This document shows, piece after piece, positions 25,013 through 35,600 of a stretch of DNA of 64,000 nucleotides. The translations under genes were made by a program, and so were the position numbers. Each line of letters opens with the position of its first letter. The stretch's first letter is position 1. This DNA comes from Planctomycetota bacterium (lineage in GTDB: Bacteria > Planctomycetota > B15-G4), in contig JAJDEQ010000102.1 of NCBI GenBank assembly GCA_029259695.1, positions 174,162 through 238,161 on the forward strand, read 5' to 3'. The notes under the pieces are model-generated. The model was not told the origin of the DNA. It ran no database searches and saw only the letters and a list, made by a program, of their open reading frames with translations.

Positions 25013-28000
25013 GTGTCCCGCCGGCACGGGCCGGCACGTCGTGGTGAGAGCAGAGTGCAGCGTCTCGGGCTTTTCTTCTCCGGGCTGGCCATCCTCATGG
25101 CCGGTCTGTTCCTGACGGGGGAGAGCTTCCTCCCGGGACAGCTCTTCGTCCCGCTGACGCCCGACGACTTCCCGGCGTGGCAGGCAGGGCGGGATCCGGA
25201 CTCGCTCCAGGCCCATCCCCATCCCAACTGGACCATGTCCGACGTGTTCCACTTGTTGGTGCCGGGGCTGGCCGTGACCCGCGCCGCCGTGGAGCGCCAG
25301 GAACTCCCCCTGTGGGATCCGTCCCAGGCCCTGGGCGTGCCGCACCTGCACCAGGTGCACTACAGCGTGCTCTACCCGCCCGCGTGGATCCCGTTGTTCA
25401 TGGGACTCAAGGGGCTCGGCGTGCTCGCGCTGGTCCATCTGCTCGTGGCCGGGTGGGGCATGCTCGCCTATCTGCGCGCCATCGACCGCACGATACTCGC
25501 GGCCTTGGCCGGCGCCTTCTGCTTCGCGTTCTCCGCGTGGATCACGGCGCGCCTGCACTCGTTCCCCGTCGTGGGCGCCGCCGTGTGGCTGCCGTGGGTC
25601 TTGTGGGGGCTCGAGCGCGCCAGTCAGCTCGGTGGTCTGAGGCACCGCGCCCTGGCGGCCGCCGCCCTGGCACTCTCCTTCCTGGCGGGTTTCCCGCAGA
25701 TCTCGATCTGGGTGCTGGTGACGGCCACCGTGGTCGAACTCATGCGCTGGCTCGTCTCGCTGCGCACGCCCGGCGCCTTCGGGCGACTGGTGGCGAACGG
25801 CGCGACTCTGGGCCTGGGGTTGGTGCTGGCGCTGCCCCAGATCCTGCCCACCGTCGAGTACATGCGCACCGAGTCGCTGCGCGCCGAGCAGACCCACGAG
25901 GCGATCGTGGCCGATGCGCTCGAGTTGCCCCTGCTCTGGCACCTGTTCACACCGGATCGTTACGCCTCGGTCGATACGGTCGGCTTCCACCCGCTGGCCT
26001 TGCTGCACGGCATCGAACAGGCCAAGGCACCGGCGGCGCTCAACCGCGCCGAAGTGTCCATGAGCGTGGGCGTCATGGGGGGCTTGTTGGCGTTGTTGGC
26101 GCTGCTCTTCGGACGCACCTGGCGCACGATCACGTTCGCGTTGCTGGGCGTCGGTGCGCTCACCTTGCTGGCCTGGCCCGAGGCCCTGCGCCGGGTGTTG
26201 CCGTTCGTGCCCTGGCTCGAGTTCGGCAGCCCCAAGCGCATGCTGCTGGTGTCCACCTTCGCCATGTCGGTCCTGGCCGCGGGCGGCGTGGACCTTGCCA
26301 AGGGATACAAGTTGCGCGTGACCTGCACCGCATGGGGGCTCGCGGTGGCTTGCACGGTGCTGGCCATCTACGCGCGTCTGACCGTGCCCACGGTGAGCGA
26401 GGGTTGGGAGATCGAGGACTGGGCCCGCAGCCTGGCGCTGAGGCTGGGCGATGGGTCGATGTCCCTGGAGGACGTCTTCGCCTGGGTGCCGCGCAAGAAC
26501 TTCGAGCTGGCCTCGGCGGCGGCCCAGCACTCGGCGCACATCGCCCTGGCCGTGGCGGTCTTCGCGATCCTCTACTTCGCGCCCCGCCGGCACACGTCAA
26601 TCCAGGGCTGGCGTACGTGGGCACAGCAGGCGCCGGTGTTGTTGGCCGTCGTGCTCGCGGCCGAACTGCTGTCGACGGCGCTGCCGCTGCTGCGCCCGTC
26701 GTCTTCGCTGCCCGTCTCGTCCACGCCCGACAGCTTGCAGCTCGACGTGCCGGAGCTGGCCAAGGAGGCGCGCGCGCTCGACGTCGCCGGCGAGCCGCCG
26801 TCTCGCGTGGCACGCCTCGGCAACGAACCCCCGTACCTGCGTCCGAACTTCACCTCGTTGTTCGGTCTGCACGACGTCCAGGCCTACGCGCCGATGGTGC
26901 CGCGCCGCACCGCGGAGCTGTTCGACGCCGTGGCTCCGGGGGCCGCGATCTCAGGCTCGCACCTGGGTGGTTTCACCGACGCGACCCAGCTCGACCTGCC
27001 CGCCGTGGACATGCTGGGCATCGACGTGGTGCTCACCGACCACGCCGAGGGCGTGCCCGGTTGGGCGGACATGGGTTACGAAGAGCTGGCCGTGCTGGAC
27101 CCCGTGCGGGTGTTGCGCAACACCGAGGCGCTGCCCCGGGCGTGGGCCGTGCCGATGCACGGTGTGGTGCCGGCACCGTTCGCCAAGGCCCGTCTCGAGA
27201 TCCTGGCGGAGCGCGACTTCGATCCGCGCCGCGAGGTGTTGCTCGACCTCGAACAGGCTCCGCTGCCCACCGACGCGGAGTGGTCCCGGTTGCGCCGCGG
27301 CAAGACCGGCATGATCGAGTCGCGCAAGGTGCTCGTGCCCGTCGCGCCGCCGCCGGCGCCCGCCGCGCCGGCTGACGAGTCGGCCGCCGACGACGAGAGC
27401 GACACCGACGAGAATGAGACCGACGACGGGTCGGGCGCGGACGGGGGCGACGGCGCCGAGCAGGCGGCCGGCACGGACGCTGAGGCGGCGGACGCTGCCT
27501 CGGGCGAGGACCCCGAGGGCGACACGCAGACCCCCGAGCCCGTGGCGGGGGAGGACGACCCCGAGGCCGCCGCCGGCGGCACGAAGGGGGACGGCGCGCC
27601 GGACGCTCCCGAGGGAGCCGGTGCTGCCGTGGCGCCACCCCCCGAGCCCGAGATGGTCCTGCGCACGAACTGGCCGGCCGGACCCCGCAGCGTCACCATC
27701 GAGGCCTATCGCCCGGGCTGGATTCAGCTGCGGGTGGGGCCCGGGTCCCCCTCGGTGCTCGTCTTCAGCGAGACCTGGCACCCGGGGTGGCGCGCGGAGA
27801 TGGCGTCGGAGCAGCTTCCGGTGTGGGTCGCCAATCACGCCCTGATCGGTGTGCCCGTCTGGCCTCGGGGCGAGGTCGTGGTGAAGCTGCGCTTCGATCC
27901 GCCGCTGGTGCGCTACGGGCTGATGGGCGGAGGAGTCGCGTGGCTCGTGTGCCTGGTCATGCTCGTGCTCCCCGCGCGCCGCGGGCGTGGGCGGAGCACG

Positions 28001-28039
28001 GCCCGCAAGAAGCAGGTCAAGGCCCGCTCGGACGGTTAG
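25013..28039 (+). CDS. YfhO-like polytopic membrane protein (putative glycosyltransferase) with an acidic low-complexity insert
   Basis: More than 10 TM helices in the N-terminal 550 aa, with the family-like text LPLWDPSQALGVPHLHQVHYSVLYPP. The GTG start at 25013 is uncertain. Confidence 0.7.
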   Translation: MSRRHGPARRGESRVQRLGLFFSGLAILMAGLFLTGESFLPGQLFVPLTPDDFPAWQAGRDPDSLQAHPHPNWTMSDVFHLLVPGLAVTRAAVERQELPLWDPSQALGVPHLHQVHYSVLYPPAWIPLFMGLKGLGVLALVHLLVAGWGMLAYLRAIDRTILAALAGAFCFAFSAWITARLHSFPVVGAAVWLPWVLWGLERASQLGGLRHRALAAAALALSFLAGFPQISIWVLVTATVVELMRWLVSLRTPGAFGRLVANGATLGLGLVLALPQILPTVEYMRTESLRAEQTHEAIVADALELPLLWHLFTPDRYASVDTVGFHPLALLHGIEQAKAPAALNRAEVSMSVGVMGGLLALLALLFGRTWRTITFALLGVGALTLLAWPEALRRVLPFVPWLEFGSPKRMLLVSTFAMSVLAAGGVDLAKGYKLRVTCTAWGLAVACTVLAIYARLTVPTVSEGWEIEDWARSLALRLGDGSMSLEDVFAWVPRKNFELASAAAQHSAHIALAVAVFAILYFAPRRHTSIQGWRTWAQQAPVLLAVVLAAELLSTALPLLRPSSSLPVSSTPDSLQLDVPELAKEARALDVAGEPPSRVARLGNEPPYLRPNFTSLFGLHDVQAYAPMVPRRTAELFDAVAPGAAISGSHLGGFTDATQLDLPAVDMLGIDVVLTDHAEGVPGWADMGYEELAVLDPVRVLRNTEALPRAWAVPMHGVVPAPFAKARLEILAERDFDPRREVLLDLEQAPLPTDAEWSRLRRGKTGMIESRKVLVPVAPPPAPAAPADESAADDESDTDENETDDGSGADGGDGAEQAAGTDAEAADAASGEDPEGDTQTPEPVAGEDDPEAAAGGTKGDGAPDAPEGAGAAVAPPPEPEMVLRTNWPAGPRSVTIEAYRPGWIQLRVGPGSPSVLVFSETWHPGWRAEMASEQLPVWVANHALIGVPVWPRGEVVVKLRFDPPLVRYGLMGGGVAWLVCLVMLVLPARRGRGRSTARKKQVKARSDG

Positions 28040-28049
28040 TCTCTGCAGC

Positions 28050-30707
28050 ATGAGTGCCGACCTCCGAACATCCGCGCAGCGCATGGCTGGGGTGCTGCTG
28101 GCCCTGCTGCCGTGGGTCGGTGCCTGTGGCGATGCCGGCGGGGCGGGCGACACGCGCGTGCCGCAGCCTGACGATCGCGCGACGCTGCGCCTGTGGCGCG
28201 ACCTGGCACCGGTGGAGCACGACGTGCCGAGCTCCTCGAAGGCCGTGGTGCCCCACGAGACGCGCTCGCTCCTGGTCGATCCGTCGGTGTCCTGGCAACG
28301 CATCGTGGCCGGCGACGACGGCATCACCTACGTCCCGGCCGACGTCGACGGATCGCTGCGGTTGCCGGCGGCGGAGGCTCAGCGCGGCGGCTTCGTGACC
28401 AGCGTCCCGGTGCGCGAGGGCGAGGCCCTGGTGGTCCGCCTGCGCGTGCGCGTGGTGGGCGCCGAGGTGGGGCGCAAGGCGATGGTGGCGGCGCTCGTGC
28501 AGCGGCGCGAGCCGTTCGACCCCGGTGAGCGGCTCGACCAGGAAGCCGTGGCGCGCATGTTCGACCCCAGCCGTTTTGCGGTGAGCGCGTTGTCGATCGA
28601 GTTGGATGCGTCCGGTGCTGCGGGCGAGGTGCAGGAGTTGCGGCACGCGTTCCTGGCCGACGTGGGCTCCACCGAGCTGGCGCTGTACCTGCTCGCATCC
28701 GAGGCGGGCGCGGGACTGGCCACCGTGGTGGACGAGGTCGTGCTCGAGCGCGTGGGCACGACGGCGCACCTGCTGAACGGCGGCGATGTCCCACGCCTCA
28801 CCTGGCTCGACGAGGCGCAGGGCTCCACGCCCTCGGCCGTGCGCGTGCGTATGGACCGCGACGAGCGGGAGGGGCTGCTGGCCCTGGCGCCGAGCCGTTT
28901 CGCGTGGGATCTGCCGGCGTGCGATGTGCCCCGGCGGCTGGACCTGGCGATCGGTGTGCGCCCGCGTGACGCCACGCTCGAGGGGAGCATCCGTTACCGG
29001 GTCAGCGTGGGCGGAGACGAACTGGCCGTGGACATGTCGCATGCCCCGTCATCGCCGGCCGAGCCGGCCTGGACCGATCTGCGCTTCACGCTGCCGGCGT
29101 CTCCCGACGGGCCGCAGCGGCTCGAGTTGTCGACCATGGGGCAGGGCAGCGACCCGCCCCTGTGCGTGTTCGGGCATCCCACCGTGCGTCGCGCTCGCAC
29201 GGGTGCGCCGCCCAACGTCGTCCTGATCAGCCTCGACACGCTGCGCCCCGACCGGTTGGGCAGCTACGGCGGTGTGGCGCGGCGCGTGGCGGCCGACGGC
29301 GAGGGGCAGGCGGTCGAGATCAGTCGCCACCTCGACGCGCTCGCCGCCGACGGCCTGCGCTTCACCAACGCCTACTCGACCACGAGCTACACGCTGCCCA
29401 GCCACGCGTCGATGCTCACCGGCCAGTACCCGGCCTTTCACGGAGCGGTCGACATCACCGATCGTCTGAGCACCGCCCGCTCGCCGTTCCTGGCGCGCAT
29501 GCTCTCCGACGTGGGCTACGCCACGGCGGCCTTCACCGGCGGCGGCTACGTCTCCACCGACTACGGCTTCGGCGAGGGCTTCGATCGCTACAGCCTCAAC
29601 GACCCGGTCTGGGCCCTGGGGACCGTGCGCGGGCGGCAACTGATCGGCACGATCGGCTGGCAGCGTTCGCCGGTGAACGAGGAGTTGCTCGCGCGCTACG
29701 ACACTCGGGCCGTCGCCGGGTGGTTGCAGGAGCAGCAGCCGGGCATGCCCTTCTTCGCCTTCCTGCACACGTACATCGTGCACAACTACGCGCCCAGCAC
29801 CGCGTGGATGGAACGCCTGGGCCTGTGGCAGCCGGGGCAGCTCGGCCGGCCTTTCGATCACCGTCTGCGCAGCGCCTACAACGCGCGCGACGGCGATGCC
29901 GACGCAGCCGGTACCGACGGGCCGGAACGGGAGGCCCTGCGCGCCCGGGTGTACGACGCGTACATGCCGTACTACGACGCGACGATCGGCATGGCGGACG
30001 ACTTCGTGGGTTCGGTGCTGGCGGCGTTGCGCCGGGCGGGCGTGGCCGACAACACGATCGTGATCGTCACCTCGGACCACGGCGAGGAGTTCGGCGAGCA
30101 CGGTTTCTTCGGCCACGGCGAGTCGCTCTACGATGCCAACACGCGGGTGCCGTTCATCGCCTTCGTGCCCGGCATGGAACCGGCGGTGATCGACGATCCG
30201 GTGAGCCTGGTGGACATCGCCCCCTGGGTCCTGCGCCTGGTGGGACTGGAGCCCGCGCCGAGCACCATCGCCGACCCGTTGGGACCCACGCGGGACTCGC
30301 CGCCGAAGCGCGACACCGTCGTGATGGAACTGGACACGCACCTGCGCCGGCTCAGCGCCGTGCGTGAAGGCGACCTCAAGCTGCACGTGCGCTTCGACCC
30401 GGACGACGGCGAGCAGCAACGGGCGTTCTACGACCTCGTGGCCGACGCCGGTGAACAACGGGATCTGCTGGCCCCCGGCGGGCCCCTCGCCAGCGGCGAC
30501 GACGACGGCAAGGCGCTGCGGGCGGCGGCCGAGCGGATCCGCACACGCCTGCAGCAGTTCCACAAGATCGCCGCGGCGGCCGGACCCGGCGAGGGCAGCG
30601 AGCGCACCCTGCACGACCTCGACCCGGACATGCTGATCCAGCTCATGCAGCTGGGGTACATCTCCGCCGAGGATGTGTCCGAAGCCATGCGCGGTCGCGA
30701 TGGCTAG
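28050..30707 (+). CDS. Lipoprotein with an N-terminal domain of about 390 aa of unknown function and a C-terminal sulfatase-like (alkaline-phosphatase superfamily) hydrolase/transferase domain
   Basis: Lipobox in MSADLRTSAQRMAGVLLALLPWVGAC. Also PNVVLISLDTLRPDRLGSYGG, YSTTSYTLPSHASMLTG (Thr in place of the C/S-x-P-x-R formylglycine motif) and IVTSDHGEEFGEHG. Confidence 0.85.
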   Translation: MSADLRTSAQRMAGVLLALLPWVGACGDAGGAGDTRVPQPDDRATLRLWRDLAPVEHDVPSSSKAVVPHETRSLLVDPSVSWQRIVAGDDGITYVPADVDGSLRLPAAEAQRGGFVTSVPVREGEALVVRLRVRVVGAEVGRKAMVAALVQRREPFDPGERLDQEAVARMFDPSRFAVSALSIELDASGAAGEVQELRHAFLADVGSTELALYLLASEAGAGLATVVDEVVLERVGTTAHLLNGGDVPRLTWLDEAQGSTPSAVRVRMDRDEREGLLALAPSRFAWDLPACDVPRRLDLAIGVRPRDATLEGSIRYRVSVGGDELAVDMSHAPSSPAEPAWTDLRFTLPASPDGPQRLELSTMGQGSDPPLCVFGHPTVRRARTGAPPNVVLISLDTLRPDRLGSYGGVARRVAADGEGQAVEISRHLDALAADGLRFTNAYSTTSYTLPSHASMLTGQYPAFHGAVDITDRLSTARSPFLARMLSDVGYATAAFTGGGYVSTDYGFGEGFDRYSLNDPVWALGTVRGRQLIGTIGWQRSPVNEELLARYDTRAVAGWLQEQQPGMPFFAFLHTYIVHNYAPSTAWMERLGLWQPGQLGRPFDHRLRSAYNARDGDADAAGTDGPEREALRARVYDAYMPYYDATIGMADDFVGSVLAALRRAGVADNTIVIVTSDHGEEFGEHGFFGHGESLYDANTRVPFIAFVPGMEPAVIDDPVSLVDIAPWVLRLVGLEPAPSTIADPLGPTRDSPPKRDTVVMELDTHLRRLSAVREGDLKLHVRFDPDDGEQQRAFYDLVADAGEQRDLLAPGGPLASGDDDGKALRAAAERIRTRLQQFHKIAAAAGPGEGSERTLHDLDPDMLIQLMQLGYISAEDVSEAMRGRDG

Positions 30708-30776
30708 CGGATCGGTCCGCCTCACGGGATCCGCTCACGCTTCCCTGCGCGTTCCGGCGCCCCCGCGGGCGTTCCC

Positions 30777-32375
30777 ATGACGCTCGTGCTGCGTGACCTG
30801 CGCGTGCCGCTCGAACTCGAGGGCACGCCTCCGGCGGAACTCGCCGCTCGTCGGCTGGGCGTGGACGTGCCCCGCGCGCGCATCCTGCGCAAGTCGCTCG
30901 ACGCGCGCGCGGGCCGGGAGCCGCTCTTCATCTACACGCTGGAACTGGACCTGCCCGCTGCGGTGGAGACGCGCCTGCTCACCGGGCGACGGCGGCGACA
31001 ACTGCAGCGCCCCCCCGAGCGCGACGACACGCCCCTGCCGCCGGCACCCGACCGGCGCCCCCTGCCGCACCGTCCGGTGATCGTCGGTTCGGGGCCGGCG
31101 GGGTTGTTCGCGGCGTGGTGCCTCGCGCGGGCGGGTCACGCTCCGCTGCTGCTCGAACGCGGTCCGGATGCGACCACCCGGGCGCGCTCGTGGTACGCCT
31201 TCCTCAAGGGGGCGCCCTTCGATCCGGAGAGCAACCTGCTGTTCGGCGAGGGGGGAGCCGGCACGTTCAGTGACGGCAAGCTCACGACGCGCATCAAGGA
31301 TCCGCGCGTCGCCACGGTGCTGGCCGCACTCGTGGCGCACGGGGCGCCCGAGAGCTGCCTGTGGCTGGCCAAGCCGCACGTGGGCAGCAACGCCCTGCCG
31401 GCCATCGTGCGTTCGTTGCGGCGCGGGCTCGTGGAGGCGGGAGCCGAGGTGCGTTTCGGTGCCCGGGTGGACGACCTGTTGGTGCGCGACGGGCAGGTCG
31501 TGGGCGTGCGCGTGGGTGACGAGCGGATCGAAGCGGGGGCGGTGCTGCTGGCCATCGGTCACTCGGCCCGGGACACGCTGGCCATGCTCATGCAGCACGA
31601 CGTGGCCATGACGCCCAAGCCGTTCCAGATGGGTCTGCGCGTCGAGCACCCCCAGGCCTTGATCGATCGGGCCCAGTACGGCGAGGCCTGCGGACACGCA
31701 CGCCTGCCCGTGGCGGAGTACTCGCTCGTGTCACGCGCGTCGGGGCGCTCCGACGTCCACTCGTTCTGCATGTGCCCGGGGGGCGAGATCCTGCCGGCCA
31801 CCGAGCGTCACGGTCTGTTGTGCGTCAACGGCGCCTCGCCCCGCAATCGCGACGGTCACTTCGCGAACAGCGGCCTGGTCGTCACCGTGGCGCCTGACGC
31901 ATTCGATCACTCTCCGCGTGCCGGTCTGCAGTTGCAGGAACGGCTCGAGGCGCGCGCGTTCGAACTGGGGGGCGGCGACTTCGGCGCGCCCGGACAGCGC
32001 GTCCAGGACTTCCTGGACGGTCGCACGAGCGCGAGCCTGGGACCCACGTCGTACCCCTTCGCCGTGCGCTCGGCGCCGTTGGCGGAGGTGCTGCCACCCG
32101 GGTCGGTTCCGGCATTGCGGGCGGCGCTGATGGACTTCGAACGGCGCCTGCCCGGGTACGCCGGTGCGGATGCGATGCTCGTGGGGCCGGAGAGTCGCAG
32201 CAGCGCGCCGCTGCGTATGGAGCGCGATCCGCGGACGTATGTCTCGGTCTCCCATCCCGGGCTGTACCCCATGGGTGAGGGCGCGGGCTGGGCCGGGGGC
32301 ATCATGTCCGCGGCCGTCGACGGACTGCGCGCGGCCGAGGCCCTGGCGCGTCACGCGGCACCCGCGCTCCGCTGA
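30777..32375 (+). CDS. FAD-dependent oxidoreductase (COG2509-type uncharacterised FAD-dependent dehydrogenase)
   Basis: Dinucleotide-binding motif VIVGSGPAGLFAAWCLARAG, plus FGEGGAGTFSDGKL and the N-terminal LDAR module typical of this family. Confidence 0.85.
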   Translation: MTLVLRDLRVPLELEGTPPAELAARRLGVDVPRARILRKSLDARAGREPLFIYTLELDLPAAVETRLLTGRRRRQLQRPPERDDTPLPPAPDRRPLPHRPVIVGSGPAGLFAAWCLARAGHAPLLLERGPDATTRARSWYAFLKGAPFDPESNLLFGEGGAGTFSDGKLTTRIKDPRVATVLAALVAHGAPESCLWLAKPHVGSNALPAIVRSLRRGLVEAGAEVRFGARVDDLLVRDGQVVGVRVGDERIEAGAVLLAIGHSARDTLAMLMQHDVAMTPKPFQMGLRVEHPQALIDRAQYGEACGHARLPVAEYSLVSRASGRSDVHSFCMCPGGEILPATERHGLLCVNGASPRNRDGHFANSGLVVTVAPDAFDHSPRAGLQLQERLEARAFELGGGDFGAPGQRVQDFLDGRTSASLGPTSYPFAVRSAPLAEVLPPGSVPALRAALMDFERRLPGYAGADAMLVGPESRSSAPLRMERDPRTYVSVSHPGLYPMGEGAGWAGGIMSAAVDGLRAAEALARHAAPALR

Positions 32376-32403
32376 GCCGGCTCAGCCCCGCACGCCGCGG
32401 AGG

Positions 32404-32507
32404 CCCGGCAACCCGCTGAGCCCGGCGAGCAGCGGGGGCCCGGCAACCCGCAGAGCCCGGCAAGCCGCAGGGTCTGGCAAGCCGCAGGGTCTGGCAAGCC
32501 GCCGAGT
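32404..32507. repeat. Six tandem units of 17-18 nt, consensus C(C/T)GGCAA(C/G)CCGC(A/T)G(A/G)G(T)
   Basis: Units begin at 32404, 32421 (degenerate), 32439, 32456, 32474 and 32491. Intergenic, between the FAD gene stop and the giant gene start. Confidence 0.8.
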
Positions 32508-32646
32508 CCCGTCGGGCGCCGGGCGCGACGCGGGTGGCGGAAAAAACCGTTAGGGATCGTAGGGTTGGTCAGTATCCCTCGAGCGTCCCCCGGACCGCGT
32601 CCCGCGCGACGCCGGGTCGAACCGTCTCTTCGTCAGGAATCAACCG

Positions 32647-35600
32647 ATGCCGCGCTGCTCGTTCTCGCGTCTTGTCGTCATGTTCACGTGGATCGTCGCG
32701 TTCGGCGGTGTGTCGTCGGTGCCCGCCCTGGGCCAGGGCACCGCGGGGCCGTACGGCTTCGAGGAACAGTTCGCGTTCGCCGTCGACCGGGAGGCCGTGC
32801 TCGACCAGCTCGTGCCCGGTTCGCGCGAGGACTACTACTACCGCTGCCTGTTGCACCAGCACGCGGGTGAGTTCGACCAGGTGGAGCGGCTGCTGAAGTC
32901 GTGGATCCAGAGCCACGGCCGCGACAGTCGGGTGCAGCGCATCCAGGCCCGCCAGGCGCTGCTGACCTTCGACGGGGATCCGGCGGCGACCTACGACTTC
33001 CTGCGGCGTGAGCTGGGGCTGTCGTTCAACCACCGGCGGGAAGTTCCCGGGCAGATGCCCGACCTGCCCACCCGACTCGACCCCACGCTGATCTCGCGCG
33101 AGACGCTGACCCGTCGCGCGCTCGCGAACAGCAAGACGCTGCGCGGCTTCAACGACTCGGCGCTGCCCTTCCTGCTGGCCAGCGATCTCGACGGTGATCG
33201 CCTGCGCGGGGTGCTCGAACGCCTGGAGCGGCCGGACCACCCGAACCTGCCGGCGCTGATCGTGCGCGACCTCGACCATCGTCAGAGCCGCGGCTTCGGC
33301 TCGATCCCGATCCACCGCAAGCTGCTGGCCGCGCAGCTCGAGGAGTGCCTGCGCCTGCGCCCGTCGCTGCTCGACGACCGGGTCTTCGTGGAGACGCTGC
33401 TGCAACGCCTGCAGCCGGATGCCGACGTGGACTGGCAACGCAACGGGGCGGCGCGACAGGCCTACCTGGACCGGCTCGAGAGCTTCACCCGCCGCCTGCC
33501 CCCCGTGCACGATTCGCTGACCGCGCACGTGCTGCACCACCGGTTGCTGTTCGACCGCTCCCGCGGAGTTCACGACAAGGAGCGCTTCATGACCTACCTG
33601 CGACTGCCCCGGCCGTCGCAACACGTGCTGCCCGGATACCGGCAGCAGCGCTCACGGACGACCGGCGTGGTCGACCTGTCCGTTCGTTTTCCCACCGGCC
33701 TGGACCCGGTGTTGAACGACGAGGATCTCGTGCGCGACTACCTGACGCACTTCTTCCGGCAGGAAGAGTCGTGGCAGCCGTACGCGGAGTTCGTGCGCGA
33801 CGACTACCTGCGCCGCGTGTTCGCCGAGACCAAGATCCTCTACGGCCTGGGTGAGGACTCCGACGCGGCCGAGCGCTGGTACGCCATGCTCGATGATCCG
33901 GCCTACTACGAGCGCCTCAAGGACCGGGTCGAGATCGACTTCGCACCGACGCAGCAGCGCTTCTTCGGCGCGGACGAAGAGGTCGTGCTGGACCTCGACG
34001 TGAAGCACGTCGACACGCTGCTGGTGAAAGTGTTCGAGATCAACACCTTCAACTTCCACGCCGAGCGCGAGCAGGACGTCGATGCGTCGATCGAGCTCGA
34101 CGGGCTGGTGGCCAGCGAAGAGACGGTGCACACCTACGACGAGAGCCCCCTGCGGCGCGTGCGGCGCAGCTTCTCGTTCCCGGCGCTGAGTCAACCGGGG
34201 ACCTACGTGGTCGAGCTGATCGGCAACGGGATGTCGAGCCGGGCCGTGATCCGCAAGGGCGCGCTGCAGGTCGTCGAACGGGTGGGCGCAGCCGGGCACG
34301 TGTGCCGGGTGCTCGACGAGGCCGGGCAGCACCTGCGCGACGCGTCGATCTGGATGGCGGGCCGCCAGTACGAGCCCGACGAACAGGGTGAGATCGCGAT
34401 CCCGTTCTCGACCGAGCCGGGCACGCGCAAGCTCGTGCTGCGCCACGGCGAGTTGTCGGCGCTGGCCGAGTTCCAGCACCAGGCGGAGACCTACGAACTC
34501 TTCGCCGGCATCTCCATCGACCGGGAGTCGCTGATCGCCGACGCCACGGCCACGATCCTGGTGCGGCCGACGCTGCAGGTGAACGGGCGCGCCGCCAGCC
34601 TGGCGTTGCTCGAGGACGTGGTGCTCACGATCACGTCGCGTGATCGCGACGGCGTCAGCTCGACGCTCGAGGTGCGCGATCCGGAGCTGGGCCCGGGTGG
34701 TGAGTTGCTGCACACGATCGACGTGCCGCCGGGGCTTGCGTCGCTCACGGTGGACCTCGCCGGCCGGGTGGCCAACCTGAGCACGGGGCAGGACGAACGG
34801 CTGCACGCGCCGCGACGCGTCTTCCCGGTCAACGTCATCGACACCACCGAGCGCACCTGGACCGCGCTGCTGGGCCGCACCGAGGACGGCTACGTGCTCG
34901 ACGTGCTGGGCAAGAACGGAGAGCCCAAGCCCCATCGCGCGCTGGGACTCGAGCTGGATCATCGCGACTTCTCCGACCCCGTGCAGGTCCAGCTCATGAC
35001 CGACGCACGCGGGCGTGTGGACCTCGGCCGCCTGCGGGACATCACCGCCGTGTACACCAAGGCGTTGCCGAGCGAGGTCGATCAGTGGGACCTGGTCACG
35101 TACGCGCGCACCTACCCGCACCGCCTGCACGGCGTGGCGGGCGAGGTGCTGCGCGTCCCGTACCAGGGCGCCGCGACGCGGGTCTCGCGCGACGTGGCCT
35201 CCCTGCTCGAGTTGCGCGGGGGCCAGTTCGCCCTGGACCGCTTCGGTCATCTCGCCCTGGCGGACGGCTTCCTCGAGCTGCGCGAGCTGCCGCCCGGGGA
35301 CTACGACCTGTGGCTGCCGGAAGCCGAGCGTTCGATCGAGGTGCGGGTCGGCGTCGGGCAGCGCGACGGCCGATGGATCCTGGGCGACGCCCGGCGATTG
35401 CCCGTGGATCAGCCCCCGCCGTTGCACGTGACGGACGTCGGCGTGACCGGTGACGCGCTCGAGATCCGACTGGCCAACGCCGGTGCGAGGACCCGGGTGC
35501 ACGTCGTGGCCACGCGCTTCGTGGCGGCCTTCGATCCGTTCGCCATGCTCGCGACGCCCGCCGATCGCGGCCGGCCCGTGGAGTCCATGCTGCATCCCGC

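Noticed and set aside
32404-32507. Possibility that the tandem repeats here and at 43352-43435 are CRISPR arrays
   Set aside because: The units are contiguous, with no spacers, and are only 11-18 nt long and degenerate. There are no cas genes in the window.
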